The notes: a model not told the origin generated them from the letters alone. A stretch of DNA of 55,351 bases, filler included, from Nitrospirota bacterium (GCA_011620345.1; 2 parts of 2 records of this genome joined end to end with filler, not necessarily neighbours in it); one strand, 5' to 3'. Positions 29,233 through 39,530 are shown, numbered from the whole stretch's first letter. Translations and numbers: made by a program.

Positions 29233-30965
29233 GCCGGGCCTCCTTTCTCATCGCCTTTTTCCGTGACTTGCATGACAAGGAACATTCCCGCTTCCATGTG
29301 GAACAAAAGGTGGCAATGGAAGGCCCAATTGCCGATCACCCTGGATGTCGGGGAAATAAGGAGCGAGAGCCTCTCGCCCGGCTTGACGTTGATGGTGTGC
29401 TTGTAGGGTCTGTGGTTTTCGGTGCCGTTTTCGAGCTCCATGAATTGCCCGTGCAGGTGGATCGGGTGCTCCATCATCGTCTGGTTCACCAGAACCAGCC
29501 TAAGGCGCTCCCCGATGTAAAGGGGGGTGGGTCTGTCGTGCTCGGAGAACTTCTTGCCGTTGAATGAGAACATGAATCGCTCCATGTTCGAGGTCAGGTT
29601 AATGACAAGTTCCCTCTCGGGAGGCCTTTGGTCCTCGTTGGGCTTGAGGCTCTTTAAATCGGCGTAAACCAGGACCCGCCACCCGTCTTGCCCGAGGCCG
29701 AGCCCGGGTTCATCGAGACGATCCTTGGTGTTCATGGCGCGCATAGCGATGTTGACGCTATTGCCTTTGGGCATGTTCTTGGCATGGGACATGCCCTTCA
29801 TCTCCCGCCCACCGTCCTTCGTCATTCCGCCCATACCGATTTCTTCGAGGTTTCTGACGGGCCTTGGGCGCCTATCGGGGATGGGCCCCTCCCTTCCGGG
29901 AATCGGGGAGAGCGTGGCCCTGGCATACCCGCTCCTGTCGAAGGACTCGGCGAAGATCGTGTAGGGTTTGGCCTCTTTGGGCTCGATAATCGCATCGTAG
30001 GTCTCGGCCACGGCGATCCGGAGCTCGTGCACTTCGACGGGCTCGACGTTCACCCCGTCTGCCTGGACGATGGTCATATTCAAGCCGGGAATCCGGACAT
30101 CGAAGTTCGTCATGGCCGAGCCGTTGATGAAGCGAAGCCGGATTCTCTCATCAGGGTTGAACAACCCCGTCCAGTTCATCTTAGGAGAATGACCGTTGAT
30201 GAGGTAGGTGTAGGTCGCTCCCGTGATGTCAGCGATATCGGTCGGGTCCATCCGCATCCTGGCCCAGGCCAGGCGCTCTTTCAAGGTTTCGCCAAGCCCC
30301 TTGTTCGAGACATCCCTCATGAAATCGAACGCCGTCCTGCGCTGGTAGTTGTAGTAATGGCTCTCCATCTTGAGTTTGGAGTAGACCCGGTTCGGGTCCT
30401 CGAACATCCAATCCGAGAGCATCACCACGTACTCCCGATCGTAGGTGTACGGGTCGGGTTCGATTGGGTCGATGATCAAGGGCCCAATCACCCCGGTTTG
30501 CAGGTGGAAGCGGGTATGGCTGTGGTACCAGTAGGTGCCCGACTGGCGAACCTTGTAGTGGTAGGTGAAGGTCGTTCCCTTGGCGATTCCTGGGAAGCTC
30601 ACTTTGGGGACCCCGTCCATCCCGGCGGGGAGGAGAATTCCGTGCCAATGGATCGAGGCGGGGTGTTCGTCTTCAAGGCCATTCGTGACCCTGAGCGTCA
30701 CTTCCTCCCCTTCTTGAAAACGAAGGAGGGGCCCGGGAAGGGTTCCGTTGATCATCATCGCCTGACCTTGCTTGCCGTCGATCTCGAGGGGAACCGGGGC
30801 GATCAAAAGCTCGAAAAGGCGCTCCGCAGGGATGTCCTTGATCCCCCATGTGGCCGTACTGGCCCAAAGGGGTGAGGGGATGAGCCCCCTTAAAACTCCA
30901 AGGAGGCCAAAGGCCCCCGCAGACCCTAAAAATCGGCGCCTGGATAAGCATAGATCGGGGATCAT
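29229..30965 (-). CDS. copA: Periplasmic multicopper oxidase, CopA/PcoA family
   Basis: Tat signal SRRRFL; HWHG, WYHSH, HPIHLHG, HCHLLFHMEAGM copper motifs. Confidence 0.96.
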   Translation of the reverse strand: MIPDLCLSRRRFLGSAGAFGLLGVLRGLIPSPLWASTATWGIKDIPAERLFELLIAPVPLEIDGKQGQAMMINGTLPGPLLRFQEGEEVTLRVTNGLEDEHPASIHWHGILLPAGMDGVPKVSFPGIAKGTTFTYHYKVRQSGTYWYHSHTRFHLQTGVIGPLIIDPIEPDPYTYDREYVVMLSDWMFEDPNRVYSKLKMESHYYNYQRRTAFDFMRDVSNKGLGETLKERLAWARMRMDPTDIADITGATYTYLINGHSPKMNWTGLFNPDERIRLRFINGSAMTNFDVRIPGLNMTIVQADGVNVEPVEVHELRIAVAETYDAIIEPKEAKPYTIFAESFDRSGYARATLSPIPGREGPIPDRRPRPVRNLEEIGMGGMTKDGGREMKGMSHAKNMPKGNSVNIAMRAMNTKDRLDEPGLGLGQDGWRVLVYADLKSLKPNEDQRPPERELVINLTSNMERFMFSFNGKKFSEHDRPTPLYIGERLRLVLVNQTMMEHPIHLHGQFMELENGTENHRPYKHTINVKPGERLSLLISPTSRVIGNWAFHCHLLFHMEAGMFLVMQVTEKGDEKGGPA

Positions 30966-31261
30966 GGCTCTCCTTTCTTCGCTTGCGTTGTCCGGCGGGA
31001 TGGGGATTCTTCAAGGAACCAAGCGGGCCTCGTTCAGGAAGAAACCGGTATCAAAGCCCTGCTTTTTTCTAAATCATAGAGCAAAAGTTTATTTTTTTCC
31101 AAAAAGGATCGGCTTTTGGCTCGATGGGGATCTTTTTAGGGTATCCTGGCAATTATGGATAAAAAGGGGCATTTTGGCCAAACAAGCCGCTGTGGTAGCT
31201 TAAAAAGACTGGGAAAGAAGAAAACCACGACACCCTATAAAGATCCCTAAGGGAGAGGTTT

Positions 31262-31951
31262 ATGATCCAATTCTATACATGGCCGACCCCAAACGGCCAA
31301 AAGGTCGCCATCATGCTGGAAGAAACCGGCCTGTCCTACCGGGCGATTCCTGTAAACATCGGCAAGGGCGAGCAGTTCGACCCCGAATTCTTAAGGATCA
31401 GCCCGAACAACAAGATCCCCGCCATTGTAGACGAGGAAGGTCCGGAAGGGAAGCCTTACGCCGTGTTCGAATCCGGGGCGATTCTTATGTATTTGGCCGA
31501 GAAAACAGGGCTTTACTTGCCCAAGGAAGCATTGGCGAAGTACGAGGTAATCCAGTGGCTTTTCTTTCAGATGGCCTCGATCGGCCCGATGTTCGGCCAG
31601 GCCGGGCATTTCATCAATTACGCCCCCGAGCCTATCCCCTACGCCATAGAGCGCTACACAAAAGAGGTTGTCCGGCTTCTTGGCGTGCTCGAAGGAAGGC
31701 TTTCAGAACGCGAATACTTGACGAGCGCTTACTCGATTGCCGATATGGCGGCCTTTCCGTGGGTTCGTATAGCGGACCACCTAGGGGTGAGCCATGGGTT
31801 CCACAACGTTTCTCGCTGGGTCCGCTCGCTCGAGGCCAGGGAAGGCGTAAAGCGGGGGCTTGAGCTGCTCAAGGAGTACCGGCACCCTGGGCCTTTAGAC
31901 GAGGAGGCCAGAAGGCACCTGTTTGGACAATCCCAATCCCCTAAAAACTAA
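31262..31951 (+). CDS. Glutathione S-transferase, Nu class (YfcG/YghU-like)
   Basis: WPTPNGQK, ISPNNKIPAI, FESGAIL, GPMFGQAGHF. Confidence 0.93.
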   Translation: MIQFYTWPTPNGQKVAIMLEETGLSYRAIPVNIGKGEQFDPEFLRISPNNKIPAIVDEEGPEGKPYAVFESGAILMYLAEKTGLYLPKEALAKYEVIQWLFFQMASIGPMFGQAGHFINYAPEPIPYAIERYTKEVVRLLGVLEGRLSEREYLTSAYSIADMAAFPWVRIADHLGVSHGFHNVSRWVRSLEAREGVKRGLELLKEYRHPGPLDEEARRHLFGQSQSPKN

Positions 31952-32057
31952 CAAGCCTTTTTCCGGGGGTTTTGTTCTTAAAGCGGCATTGTTAGGGTTC
32001 TGTTTCTAGAGTACACTGGTATGAATTGATTTATCTATTTCCAAGGAGGAACATACC

Positions 32058-32297
32058 ATGGCAGAGCCAAAAGTATTCGATCGAAAGCCGCAAGTTGTCG
32101 AGCTTAACCCTGGCACCTACGCTTGGTGCAGTTGCGGGGAGTCTAAGAATCAGCCGTTTTGCGATGGCTCGCACAAGGGCTCTGGGCTTGCCCCGGTACG
32201 CTTTGAGATCGAAGAAAAAAAGCGCGCGGTCATGTGCCTTTGCAAGCACAGCCAGAACGCGCCTTTCTGTGACGGCACTCACAAGGAACTCGGATAG
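32058..32297 (+). CDS. CDGSH iron-sulfur protein with two domains (MiNT/CISD3-like)
   Basis: WCSCGESKNQPFCDGSH and MCLCKHSQNAPFCDGTH; AAGGAGG RBS. Confidence 0.93.
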   Translation: MAEPKVFDRKPQVVELNPGTYAWCSCGESKNQPFCDGSHKGSGLAPVRFEIEEKKRAVMCLCKHSQNAPFCDGTHKELG

Positions 32298-32352
32298 GAT
32301 AAGCCAATGAAGAATCTTTCCATGCCCTGAATAGGCGGTGCGGAGGGGGGCG

Positions 32353-32742
32353 ATGGCGAGCATGGGAATTATGATAGGCAGAATCTTGCTGGGCCAGATT
32401 TTTTTGTTGGCCGGCATCCACAAGATGATGGACTGGCAGGGTATGTCGGCGTACATGGCCTCCCAGGGGATGCCCTGGATCCCCTTTTTCCTGACGGGGG
32501 CGATGCTTGTGGAAACCCTGGGTGGACTTTCCTTGATTCTTGGCATTCAACCAAGGATCGGGGCCCTTGTGTTAACGGCCTTCTTGATCCCAGCGACGCT
32601 CATCTTCCACGATTTTTGGACGCTGGAAGACCCCCAGAGGTCGCTTCAGATGATCATGTTCCAAAAGAACCTTGCCATCATGGGTGGGCTTCTTTTGTTC
32701 TCGATCTTGAGTCCTGCGGGAGGTCGTCAAGGCGAACGCTAG
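32353..32742 (+). CDS. DoxX family membrane protein
   Basis: GRILL..FLLAGIHK, four TM segments, FHDFW, FQKNLAIMGGLL. Confidence 0.9.
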   Translation: MASMGIMIGRILLGQIFLLAGIHKMMDWQGMSAYMASQGMPWIPFFLTGAMLVETLGGLSLILGIQPRIGALVLTAFLIPATLIFHDFWTLEDPQRSLQMIMFQKNLAIMGGLLLFSILSPAGGRQGER

Positions 32743-32782
32743 GGGTATTTTGTTTCATGGTTTATTTAAGAGGGAGGGTTCG

Positions 32783-33784
32783 ATGGAGTACAGGCTGCTT
32801 GGCCGCTCAGGCCTTAAGGTTTCCAAGCTCTGTTTTGGCTGCATGACGTTTGGCAACAACCAGTGGGACATAGGCGGGGTGGACGAGCGGCTTGCCACCG
32901 AAATGGTTGCCGCTTGCTTCGATCATGGGTTGAACTTTTTCGACACGGCCGATGTCTACAGCCATGGAGAATCCGAAACACTCCTTGGCAAGGCGCTCGG
33001 GTCACGAAGAAAAGAGGCCGTCGTCGCGACGAAGGTTCGGGGCCGGATGGGTAAGGGGCCGAACGATGTGGGCCTATCGCGCCAGCACATTTTAGAATCG
33101 TGCGATGCGAGCCTGAAAAGGCTGGGCACAGATCATATCGACCTTTATCAGGTGCACAGCTTCGACCCTGAAACCCCGCTAGAAGAAACGCTTAGAGCGT
33201 TAGACGACCTGGTTCGCTGGGGAAAGGTTCGTTACATCGGGGTAAGCAACTTTGCCGCATGGCAGTTGACGAAAGCGCTTTGGGTCTCCGATAAGGCGGG
33301 CCTCGAGCGGTTCGTTTCGCTCCAGGCCTACTACAGCCTGGTGGGCAGGGACTTGGAGTTTGAGCTCGTGCCGCTTTGTCTCGATCAAGGGCTCGGAATA
33401 CTTCCTTGGAGCCCCTTGGCCGGAGGGTTTTTGTCGGGAAAATACCGTAAAGATGCTTCGATACCGGAAGGCAGGCTCAAAGGCCAACTGGGAGACTTCA
33501 TCCCGATCAATAAGGAGCAGGGTTATAAAATCATAGAGGTGCTGGAAAATACCGCCAGGGCTAAGGAAGCGAGCGTGGCGGCCACGGCGCTCGCCTGGCT
33601 TATCCACAAGCCCGGGGTAACCTCCGTGATCATCGGGGCGCGCACTATGGAGCAGCTTCAGGGGAATTTAAAGGCCGCAGAGATCATGCTTTCGAACTCT
33701 GAGATGGAGCGGCTCGAGAACGCAAGCGCCGTTCCCTTGCCCTACCCCCAGTGGATGCTCGCATTTACCCAGGCTGACAGGTAG
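32783..33784 (+). CDS. Aldo/keto reductase
   Basis: LGRSGLKVS, FDTADVYS, ATKV, LYQVH, WSPLAGGFLSGKY. Confidence 0.94.
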   Translation: MEYRLLGRSGLKVSKLCFGCMTFGNNQWDIGGVDERLATEMVAACFDHGLNFFDTADVYSHGESETLLGKALGSRRKEAVVATKVRGRMGKGPNDVGLSRQHILESCDASLKRLGTDHIDLYQVHSFDPETPLEETLRALDDLVRWGKVRYIGVSNFAAWQLTKALWVSDKAGLERFVSLQAYYSLVGRDLEFELVPLCLDQGLGILPWSPLAGGFLSGKYRKDASIPEGRLKGQLGDFIPINKEQGYKIIEVLENTARAKEASVAATALAWLIHKPGVTSVIIGARTMEQLQGNLKAAEIMLSNSEMERLENASAVPLPYPQWMLAFTQADR

Positions 33785-33794
33785 GGGGGATGGC

Positions 33795-34544
33795 ATGAGG
33801 CTTCAGGGTAAGAAGGCCCTCGTTACGGGAGCAAGCAAAGGGATCGGCCGGTCTGTGGCGCTCGGGTTTGCCAAGGAGGGGGCGGACGTGTTCCTTACGG
33901 CCAAAGAAGACCAGAAAGGCTTGGACGAAGCTCTTGAGCAGGCAAGGGCGTTGGGCGTCAAGGCCCAAGGCGGGCTTTACGACGCGGCCTCTTTAGAAGA
34001 AGTCCGAAGGCTGATGGACAATATAGCAAGCACCTTCGGGACGCTAGATATCCTCGTAAACAACGCGGGCATCATCAGGCCCACGCCTTTTTTGGAAATC
34101 AGTCCCGAGCAGTTCGAGCGGACGCTTCGTATCCATTTGTATGGTACGTTTTATCATATGCAAGAAGCCATTAGGCGGTTTATGATGCCAAAAAAAAGCG
34201 GCAAGGTCATTAATCTTGCCGCTCCCGCCGCCTTGATGGGATTTTTAGGCGTGGCCGATTACGCGACTGCCAAAGGCGGCATCGTAGCGCTCACGAAGAA
34301 CGCGGCAAAGGAGCTAGTTCCATTCAACATTCAGGTCAATGCCGTCGTCCCTGTCGCCGAAACGCGCATGACGGAGGTGCTGTCTGGATACTATGCCAAG
34401 CGCTTTGGCATAGAAGAAGGCAAAAAGCTCGATGCGCTCCCTGAAACAGGTAAGCTTGTGGGTACATTCGTGTACTTTGCTAGCTCTGATTCGGACTACG
34501 TGACGGGCCAGGTGCTCGCGGCCGACGGGGGTATGTTTTGCTAG
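33795..34544 (+). CDS. SDR oxidoreductase (FabG-like)
   Basis: TGASKGIG, NNAG, YATAK. Confidence 0.92.
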   Translation: MRLQGKKALVTGASKGIGRSVALGFAKEGADVFLTAKEDQKGLDEALEQARALGVKAQGGLYDAASLEEVRRLMDNIASTFGTLDILVNNAGIIRPTPFLEISPEQFERTLRIHLYGTFYHMQEAIRRFMMPKKSGKVINLAAPAALMGFLGVADYATAKGGIVALTKNAAKELVPFNIQVNAVVPVAETRMTEVLSGYYAKRFGIEEGKKLDALPETGKLVGTFVYFASSDSDYVTGQVLAADGGMFC

Positions 34545-35548
34545 GGTTAGGCAGGGCGGAGGAGTCAAAACGCCCGCTTGTGGCCGTGAGCTTTGATTTG
34601 GGGCAGGAGGCCAAAGAAAGGATCGAGGCCATCCTAAACCCCGTGGCCAAAGTCGTACATTTAAGAGACCTTAGCCCAGAAGAGCGGGAGGCCGCCTTAA
34701 AAAGGGCGAGGGCGCTGTTTGCCTGGGCCCCGCACATGGAACTCTCCAACGCCGAGCAGGAGATGCTCGAAGGGGTCGCCTTCATGCAGCTTCTTTCGGC
34801 TGGCGTAGATCATTTGAATCTTACGCGTATCCCTGCGGGCCTCGTTGTGACGAGCAACGTGGGCGCCTATGCCAGGCCGATGGCTGAGCATGCGCTCGCG
34901 ATGGTGCTTGCTTTAACAAAGCGCCTCTTTATCCACCATGATAAGCTCAAGCACGGCGTCTTTGACCAGCTCTCCGAGAACAAGGCGCTTTTTGGGGCCA
35001 AAGCCGCGATTTTGGGTTTCGGGGGGATCGGGAAGGCCGTGGCCAGGCTCCTTAGACCCTTTGGTGTCAAGATTCTGGCTCTCAACCGAAGCGGCAAGAG
35101 CGATGAGACCGTGGATTTTCTAGGAACCCTCAAAGACTTGGACGGTGTGCTCCAGGAAGCCGACATCGTCGTTGTTTCGCTTCCATTGAACCGCTCTACT
35201 CGTGGGCTGATCGGTAAGCGTGAGCTTAACCTCATGAAGCCCGACGCCGTTATGGTGAACGTCGCCAGGGGGGAAATCGTCGAGGAGCGCGCGCTTTACG
35301 AGCATCTAAAGGCGACACCTACGTTCATGGCCGGGATCGATGCCTGGTGGACGGAACCCTTCAAGCAGGGTAGGTTCGAGTTGAACTACCCCTTTTTCGA
35401 GCTCCCAAACGTCCTTGGAACCCCCCACAACTCCGGGCTTGTTCCCGGCTCTTTGATCGAAGCCGTTCAGAAAGCCTCGGAGAACATCCTGCGCTTTCTT
35501 ACAGGAGGGCCGCTTGAAGGGGTTGTACGAAGGGAAGATTATCTCTAA
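34538..35548 (+). CDS. D-2-hydroxyacid dehydrogenase
   Basis: SAGVDH, GFGGIG, NVARG, DAWWTEP, TPHNS; start uncertain. Confidence 0.92.
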   Translation: MLGLGRAEESKRPLVAVSFDLGQEAKERIEAILNPVAKVVHLRDLSPEEREAALKRARALFAWAPHMELSNAEQEMLEGVAFMQLLSAGVDHLNLTRIPAGLVVTSNVGAYARPMAEHALAMVLALTKRLFIHHDKLKHGVFDQLSENKALFGAKAAILGFGGIGKAVARLLRPFGVKILALNRSGKSDETVDFLGTLKDLDGVLQEADIVVVSLPLNRSTRGLIGKRELNLMKPDAVMVNVARGEIVEERALYEHLKATPTFMAGIDAWWTEPFKQGRFELNYPFFELPNVLGTPHNSGLVPGSLIEAVQKASENILRFLTGGPLEGVVRREDYL

Positions 35549-35640
35549 TGGCGGCCTGGCGTTGACGCGACTCCGCGGCCGTGCTAGCCTAGCGCTGCTA
35601 TAACCAAAGAATATAAGAATATTTTAAGAGGCTGGGGGGT

Positions 35641-37080
35641 ATGGCGGACGAGGTCTGGAGGCTTGGCGTTCAAGGGCTCCTCGAGGCTTACCAAAGGGGC
35701 GCGACAGACCCCTTGGAGGTCGTTGGTTGTCTTTTGGACCGCATTCACAAGATAAACCCCAACATCAACGCGATCGTTACGCTTCATGAAGAGGCCGTAC
35801 TCAAGGAGGCCGCGGCCAAAAAGGAGGCTATCTCCAAGGGCGACCCCCTAGGCCCGCTTCACGGCATTCCTGTCTTAATCAAGGACAACATCTTTACCAA
35901 GGGAATGTTGACGACGTTTGGCTCGAAGCTCTACAAAGACTTTGTGCCAAGCGAGGACGCCGTTTTGGTCGAGCGTCTCAAGGCGGCCGGGGCGATCGTT
36001 TTGGGAAAGACGAACCTGCCCGAGTTTGGGCTGATCCCCGTGACAGACAACGCCCTTTTTGGCCCAACCTCGAACCCTTGGGACCTTGCCAGAGTCTCCG
36101 GCGGGTCATCGGGCGGTTCGGCAGCGGCCGTCGCCTCGTTCCTGGCGCCGGCAGCGATCGGGAACGACGGGGGCGGATCGATCCGCATCCCGGCGTCGCT
36201 TTGCGGCGTTGTTGGCTTAAAGCCCCAGTTCGGCCGCATTCCGACATACCCTAGGCTTCCTGGCTGGGAAACCATGAACCACGAAGGCCCGATCACTCGC
36301 AGCGTCGAGGATGCCTGCTTGCTCATGGACGTTCTAACGGGCCAAGACGAGCGCGACCGCTTCTCGATCCAATCGTTTGAGGGGAGCTTTCTGGACGCTT
36401 TGGCAGTCGGCATCGAGGGCAGGCGCGTTGCCTACGCGCCTAGCCTTGGATACACGGTCGTTGATGAAGAAATCGAGGAGATCACGAGGAAGGCCGCACT
36501 GCGCTTGGAAGAGCGCGGTGCGAAGGTGGAAGAGGTCCAAATTGATTGGCCGAACCTTGAAGCTGACCTTACGATAAAGGTGCTTTCGGATACGCTAGCG
36601 GCCATGGAAGGGGTCTGGGCAAAATGGGAATCCCTCATGTACCCCCTTTATAAAACATTCCTTCCAATTGGCGAGATGATGACCGCCAAGGATGTCGCGC
36701 GCGTGCAGTTCCACAGAGAAGACCTCTGGGAGCGGGTTTGGTGCCTCTTTGAAGAATACGACCTGCTTTTGTGCCCGACGACGGCCGTGAGTGCCTTCCC
36801 GAAGGCCGATATGGGCCCGATGGGCCCGGAGGCAATTAACGGCGAACCGGTAAGCCCTTTTGCCTGGATCGGTTTTACCTACCCGTTTAACTTTACGGGC
36901 CAGCCTGCGGCCTCTATTCCCTGTGGACTCACGAAAGACGGCCTGCCTGTCGGCCTTCAGGTCGTAAGCAGGCGTTTCGATGAGCGCTCCGTGCTTTCCG
37001 CCTGCCATTGCCTTGAGTCTATTTTTAGCCTTAAAACTTCCATGCCAAGAGGACTGCAGGCCGGTGCTGTTGTAAAATAA
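35641..37080 (+). CDS. Amidase-signature family amidase
   Basis: IKDN, GKTNLPEFG, GGSSGGSAAAV, GNDGGGSIRIPA; upstream TTGACG-17-TAGCCT. Confidence 0.93.
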   Translation: MADEVWRLGVQGLLEAYQRGATDPLEVVGCLLDRIHKINPNINAIVTLHEEAVLKEAAAKKEAISKGDPLGPLHGIPVLIKDNIFTKGMLTTFGSKLYKDFVPSEDAVLVERLKAAGAIVLGKTNLPEFGLIPVTDNALFGPTSNPWDLARVSGGSSGGSAAAVASFLAPAAIGNDGGGSIRIPASLCGVVGLKPQFGRIPTYPRLPGWETMNHEGPITRSVEDACLLMDVLTGQDERDRFSIQSFEGSFLDALAVGIEGRRVAYAPSLGYTVVDEEIEEITRKAALRLEERGAKVEEVQIDWPNLEADLTIKVLSDTLAAMEGVWAKWESLMYPLYKTFLPIGEMMTAKDVARVQFHREDLWERVWCLFEEYDLLLCPTTAVSAFPKADMGPMGPEAINGEPVSPFAWIGFTYPFNFTGQPAASIPCGLTKDGLPVGLQVVSRRFDERSVLSACHCLESIFSLKTSMPRGLQAGAVVK

Positions 37081-37141
37081 AGCATATATTCCATACACCC
37101 CGCCCTCTTTCATTCAAGGTGCAAAACGCCTCCTTCCTTTC

Positions 37142-37171
37142 TTGACTTTTCTTTGTTCGCGCGCTTAGAAT
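37142..37171 (+). promoter_or_regulatory. Putative promoter for hppA
   Basis: TTGACT-18 nt-TAGAAT. Confidence 0.5.
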
Positions 37172-37227
37172 TACCCATTTCTCATTCTGTCTATAACAAC
37201 CCGTAAAACGAAGAGGGCGTTGGAACT

Positions 37228-39393
37228 ATGGAGCACATCCCGGGCCTGTTTTGGGTCGTACCGGTAAGCGGAGCCTTGAGCGTCGTGTTCGCGTTATGGC
37301 TGATCGTGAGCGTTCTTCGTTCAGGCCGGGGCTCCTTGGCCATGCAGGACGTAAACGCGATGATCTCCGAGGGCGCTTGGGCGTTCCTGATACGCCAGTA
37401 CTCCACCATCGGCATTACATCTATCGTCGTGGCGGCCATTCTTGGCGTCCTTCTTGGCTCTTTGAGCAGCGAGGTTGAGCTTTCGAGGCTCAAGGTGACC
37501 GCTCTCGGCCTGGGGCTTAGGACGGCGGCGGCCTTCCTGATCGGGGCGTTCTGTTCTTGCCTTTCCGGGTTCATCGGGATGCTCGTGGCCGTCAAGTCGA
37601 ACCTAAGGTGCGCGGCCGCCTCGCACAAGGGGTTTGGCCCCGCCATGGTTGTCGCGCTAAGGGGCGGAGCGGTTTCTGGGTTTTTGATCGTCGCCTTAAG
37701 CCTGATCGGTGTCATGGCCATCTTCTTCGCCTTCGGCGGAGCCGAAAACCCGGCTACGGCCCCGCATCTGATCGTCGGGTTTGCCTTCGGTGCCAGCATG
37801 GTCGCCCTGTTTGCCCAGCTTGGCGGGGGCATCTTTACAAAGGCCGCCGACATGGGGGCGGATTTGGCGGGGAAGGTCGAGGCCGGCATCCCCGAAGACG
37901 ACCCAAGGAACGCGGCGGTCATCGCAGACCAGGTGGGAGATAACGTGGGAGACTGCGCGGGCCGTGGAGCTGACCTGTTCGAATCGACTGCCGCCGAGAA
38001 CATCGGTGCCATGATCATCGGTGCCAGCTTGTACGCCGCAACCCAGAACCTAGGCTGGGTATTTTTTCCGTTCATCATCCGTGCCTTCGGGCTGATCGCC
38101 AGCATGGTCGGCATCATGTTCGTTCGGGGGGGCTCTGAGCAGGAAGACCCGATGAAGCTGATCAACCGCGGCTACTACGTTTCGATCGGCCTGAGCATTA
38201 TTGCGATGTACGCGACTGTTAAGACGATGTTTGGCGACCTCTGGTTGTTCGGTGCCGGTTTGGTGGGGATTTTGGCAAGCGTGGTGATCGTGTTCATCAC
38301 GCAGTATTATACAGAGGCTCGCTTTTCGCCGACCCGTAGGATTGCCGAGGCCTCCAAGACAGGGCCAGCCACGACGATCGTGACAGGCCTTTCGGTAGGC
38401 TTCGAGACGGTTGCCCCAACGGCACTCGTCATCGCCGTAGCCCTGCTCGCTTCGTACTGGCTGGGCACGAAGATGGGGCTTAACGTCGAGCCATGGCTTT
38501 CCGGCGCCTACGGGACGGCCGTGGCCACGATGGGAATGCTCATGACCTGCAGCTACATCCTGGCCGAAGACACGTTCGGGCCGATCACGGACAATGCCAA
38601 CGGGATTAACGAGTTTACTGGAGCGGGCGGCAACATCCGCAGGATCACCGACAGGCTTGATGCCGCGGGGAACACGACAAAGGCGCTCACAAAAGGGTAT
38701 GCCATGGTTTCGGCCGGACTGGCCGCGTTCCTTCTGTTCCAGGCTTATTTCGATAGAGTCTCCCTGTTCCAGTTCGGCGTAGAGGGTAAGTTCACGGATG
38801 TCAACCTCATGCGGCCCGAGGTGTTCGTCTGCGCGCTTGTGGCTGTCGTCATGGTGTTCCTGTTTAGCGCGCTTGCTCTAAGAAGCGTAGGCGAGGCAGC
38901 AAGCGGCATCATCGACGAGGTACGTCGTCAAATCAAGGAAAACCCGGGCATCATGGCGGGTACGGCAAGGCCGAATTATGCCAGGGCCGTGGACATTACA
39001 GCGAAGGCGGCGCTCAAGGGTATGATTGCGCCTGGGTCTTTGCCGGTCCTCCTTCCGCTCGTCGTGGGGCTCGTCTTGAAGGCGATCCCCGGGTACAACG
39101 CACCCATGGGGGTAGGGGCCTTTTTGATGGTCGGGACGATCGCGGCGATCCTTATGGCCTCGTTCATGAACAACGGCGGGGGTGCCTGGGACAACGCCAA
39201 AAAATTCATCGAGGATGGCCAGCTAAGGGACGAGTTGGGAGGGGTGATCAAAAAGGGCAGTTTTGCCCACCAGGCCGCCGTTGTCGGCGATACCGTGGGC
39301 GATCCCTTGAAAGATACCGTAGGGCCCTCGTTGCACGTCGTGGCCAAGCTGATCGCGACTGTCACGCTTGTTTTGTGCCCGCTCTGGATATAA
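37228..39393 (+). CDS. hppA: Membrane-bound ion-translocating pyrophosphatase (K+-independent type)
   Basis: GGGIFTKAADMGADL, EDDPRN, GNTTKA, GGAWDNAKK, GDTVGDPLKDT. Confidence 0.97.
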   Translation: MEHIPGLFWVVPVSGALSVVFALWLIVSVLRSGRGSLAMQDVNAMISEGAWAFLIRQYSTIGITSIVVAAILGVLLGSLSSEVELSRLKVTALGLGLRTAAAFLIGAFCSCLSGFIGMLVAVKSNLRCAAASHKGFGPAMVVALRGGAVSGFLIVALSLIGVMAIFFAFGGAENPATAPHLIVGFAFGASMVALFAQLGGGIFTKAADMGADLAGKVEAGIPEDDPRNAAVIADQVGDNVGDCAGRGADLFESTAAENIGAMIIGASLYAATQNLGWVFFPFIIRAFGLIASMVGIMFVRGGSEQEDPMKLINRGYYVSIGLSIIAMYATVKTMFGDLWLFGAGLVGILASVVIVFITQYYTEARFSPTRRIAEASKTGPATTIVTGLSVGFETVAPTALVIAVALLASYWLGTKMGLNVEPWLSGAYGTAVATMGMLMTCSYILAEDTFGPITDNANGINEFTGAGGNIRRITDRLDAAGNTTKALTKGYAMVSAGLAAFLLFQAYFDRVSLFQFGVEGKFTDVNLMRPEVFVCALVAVVMVFLFSALALRSVGEAASGIIDEVRRQIKENPGIMAGTARPNYARAVDITAKAALKGMIAPGSLPVLLPLVVGLVLKAIPGYNAPMGVGAFLMVGTIAAILMASFMNNGGGAWDNAKKFIEDGQLRDELGGVIKKGSFAHQAAVVGDTVGDPLKDTVGPSLHVVAKLIATVTLVLCPLWI

Positions 39394-39501
39394 CCGGGCC
39401 CGTTTGAGCTCTGGGGCGCCTTCTCGCCTGGTTTATGAAAGGCTTTTGGCCAAATTGAATCGGCGGGAAGGCGCTTGAGCAGTTTTAGGAGGTGCACCGC
39501 C

Positions 39502-39530
39502 TTGACTGCGTGGCGTGCTAGGGGTACACT
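39502..39530 (+). promoter_or_regulatory. Putative sigma70 promoter about 310 nt upstream of the DEAD-box helicase
   Basis: TTGACT-17 nt-TACACT. Confidence 0.55.

Noticed and set aside
29688..30875. Long antisense ORFs (395 aa opposite copA; likewise 37191-38165 opposite hppA, 8737-9549 opposite trxB, 19844-20632)
   Set aside because: Shadow frames of GC-rich, well-supported genes; no motifs
35641..37080. Amidase as gatA
   Set aside because: No gatC or gatB adjacent and it lacks GatA-specific features; treated as a generic amidase
37101..37219. CGCCCTCTT / AAGAGGGCG pairing over the hppA RBS
   Set aside because: The 5' arm lies upstream of the predicted promoter, and one 9-bp match is plausible by chance
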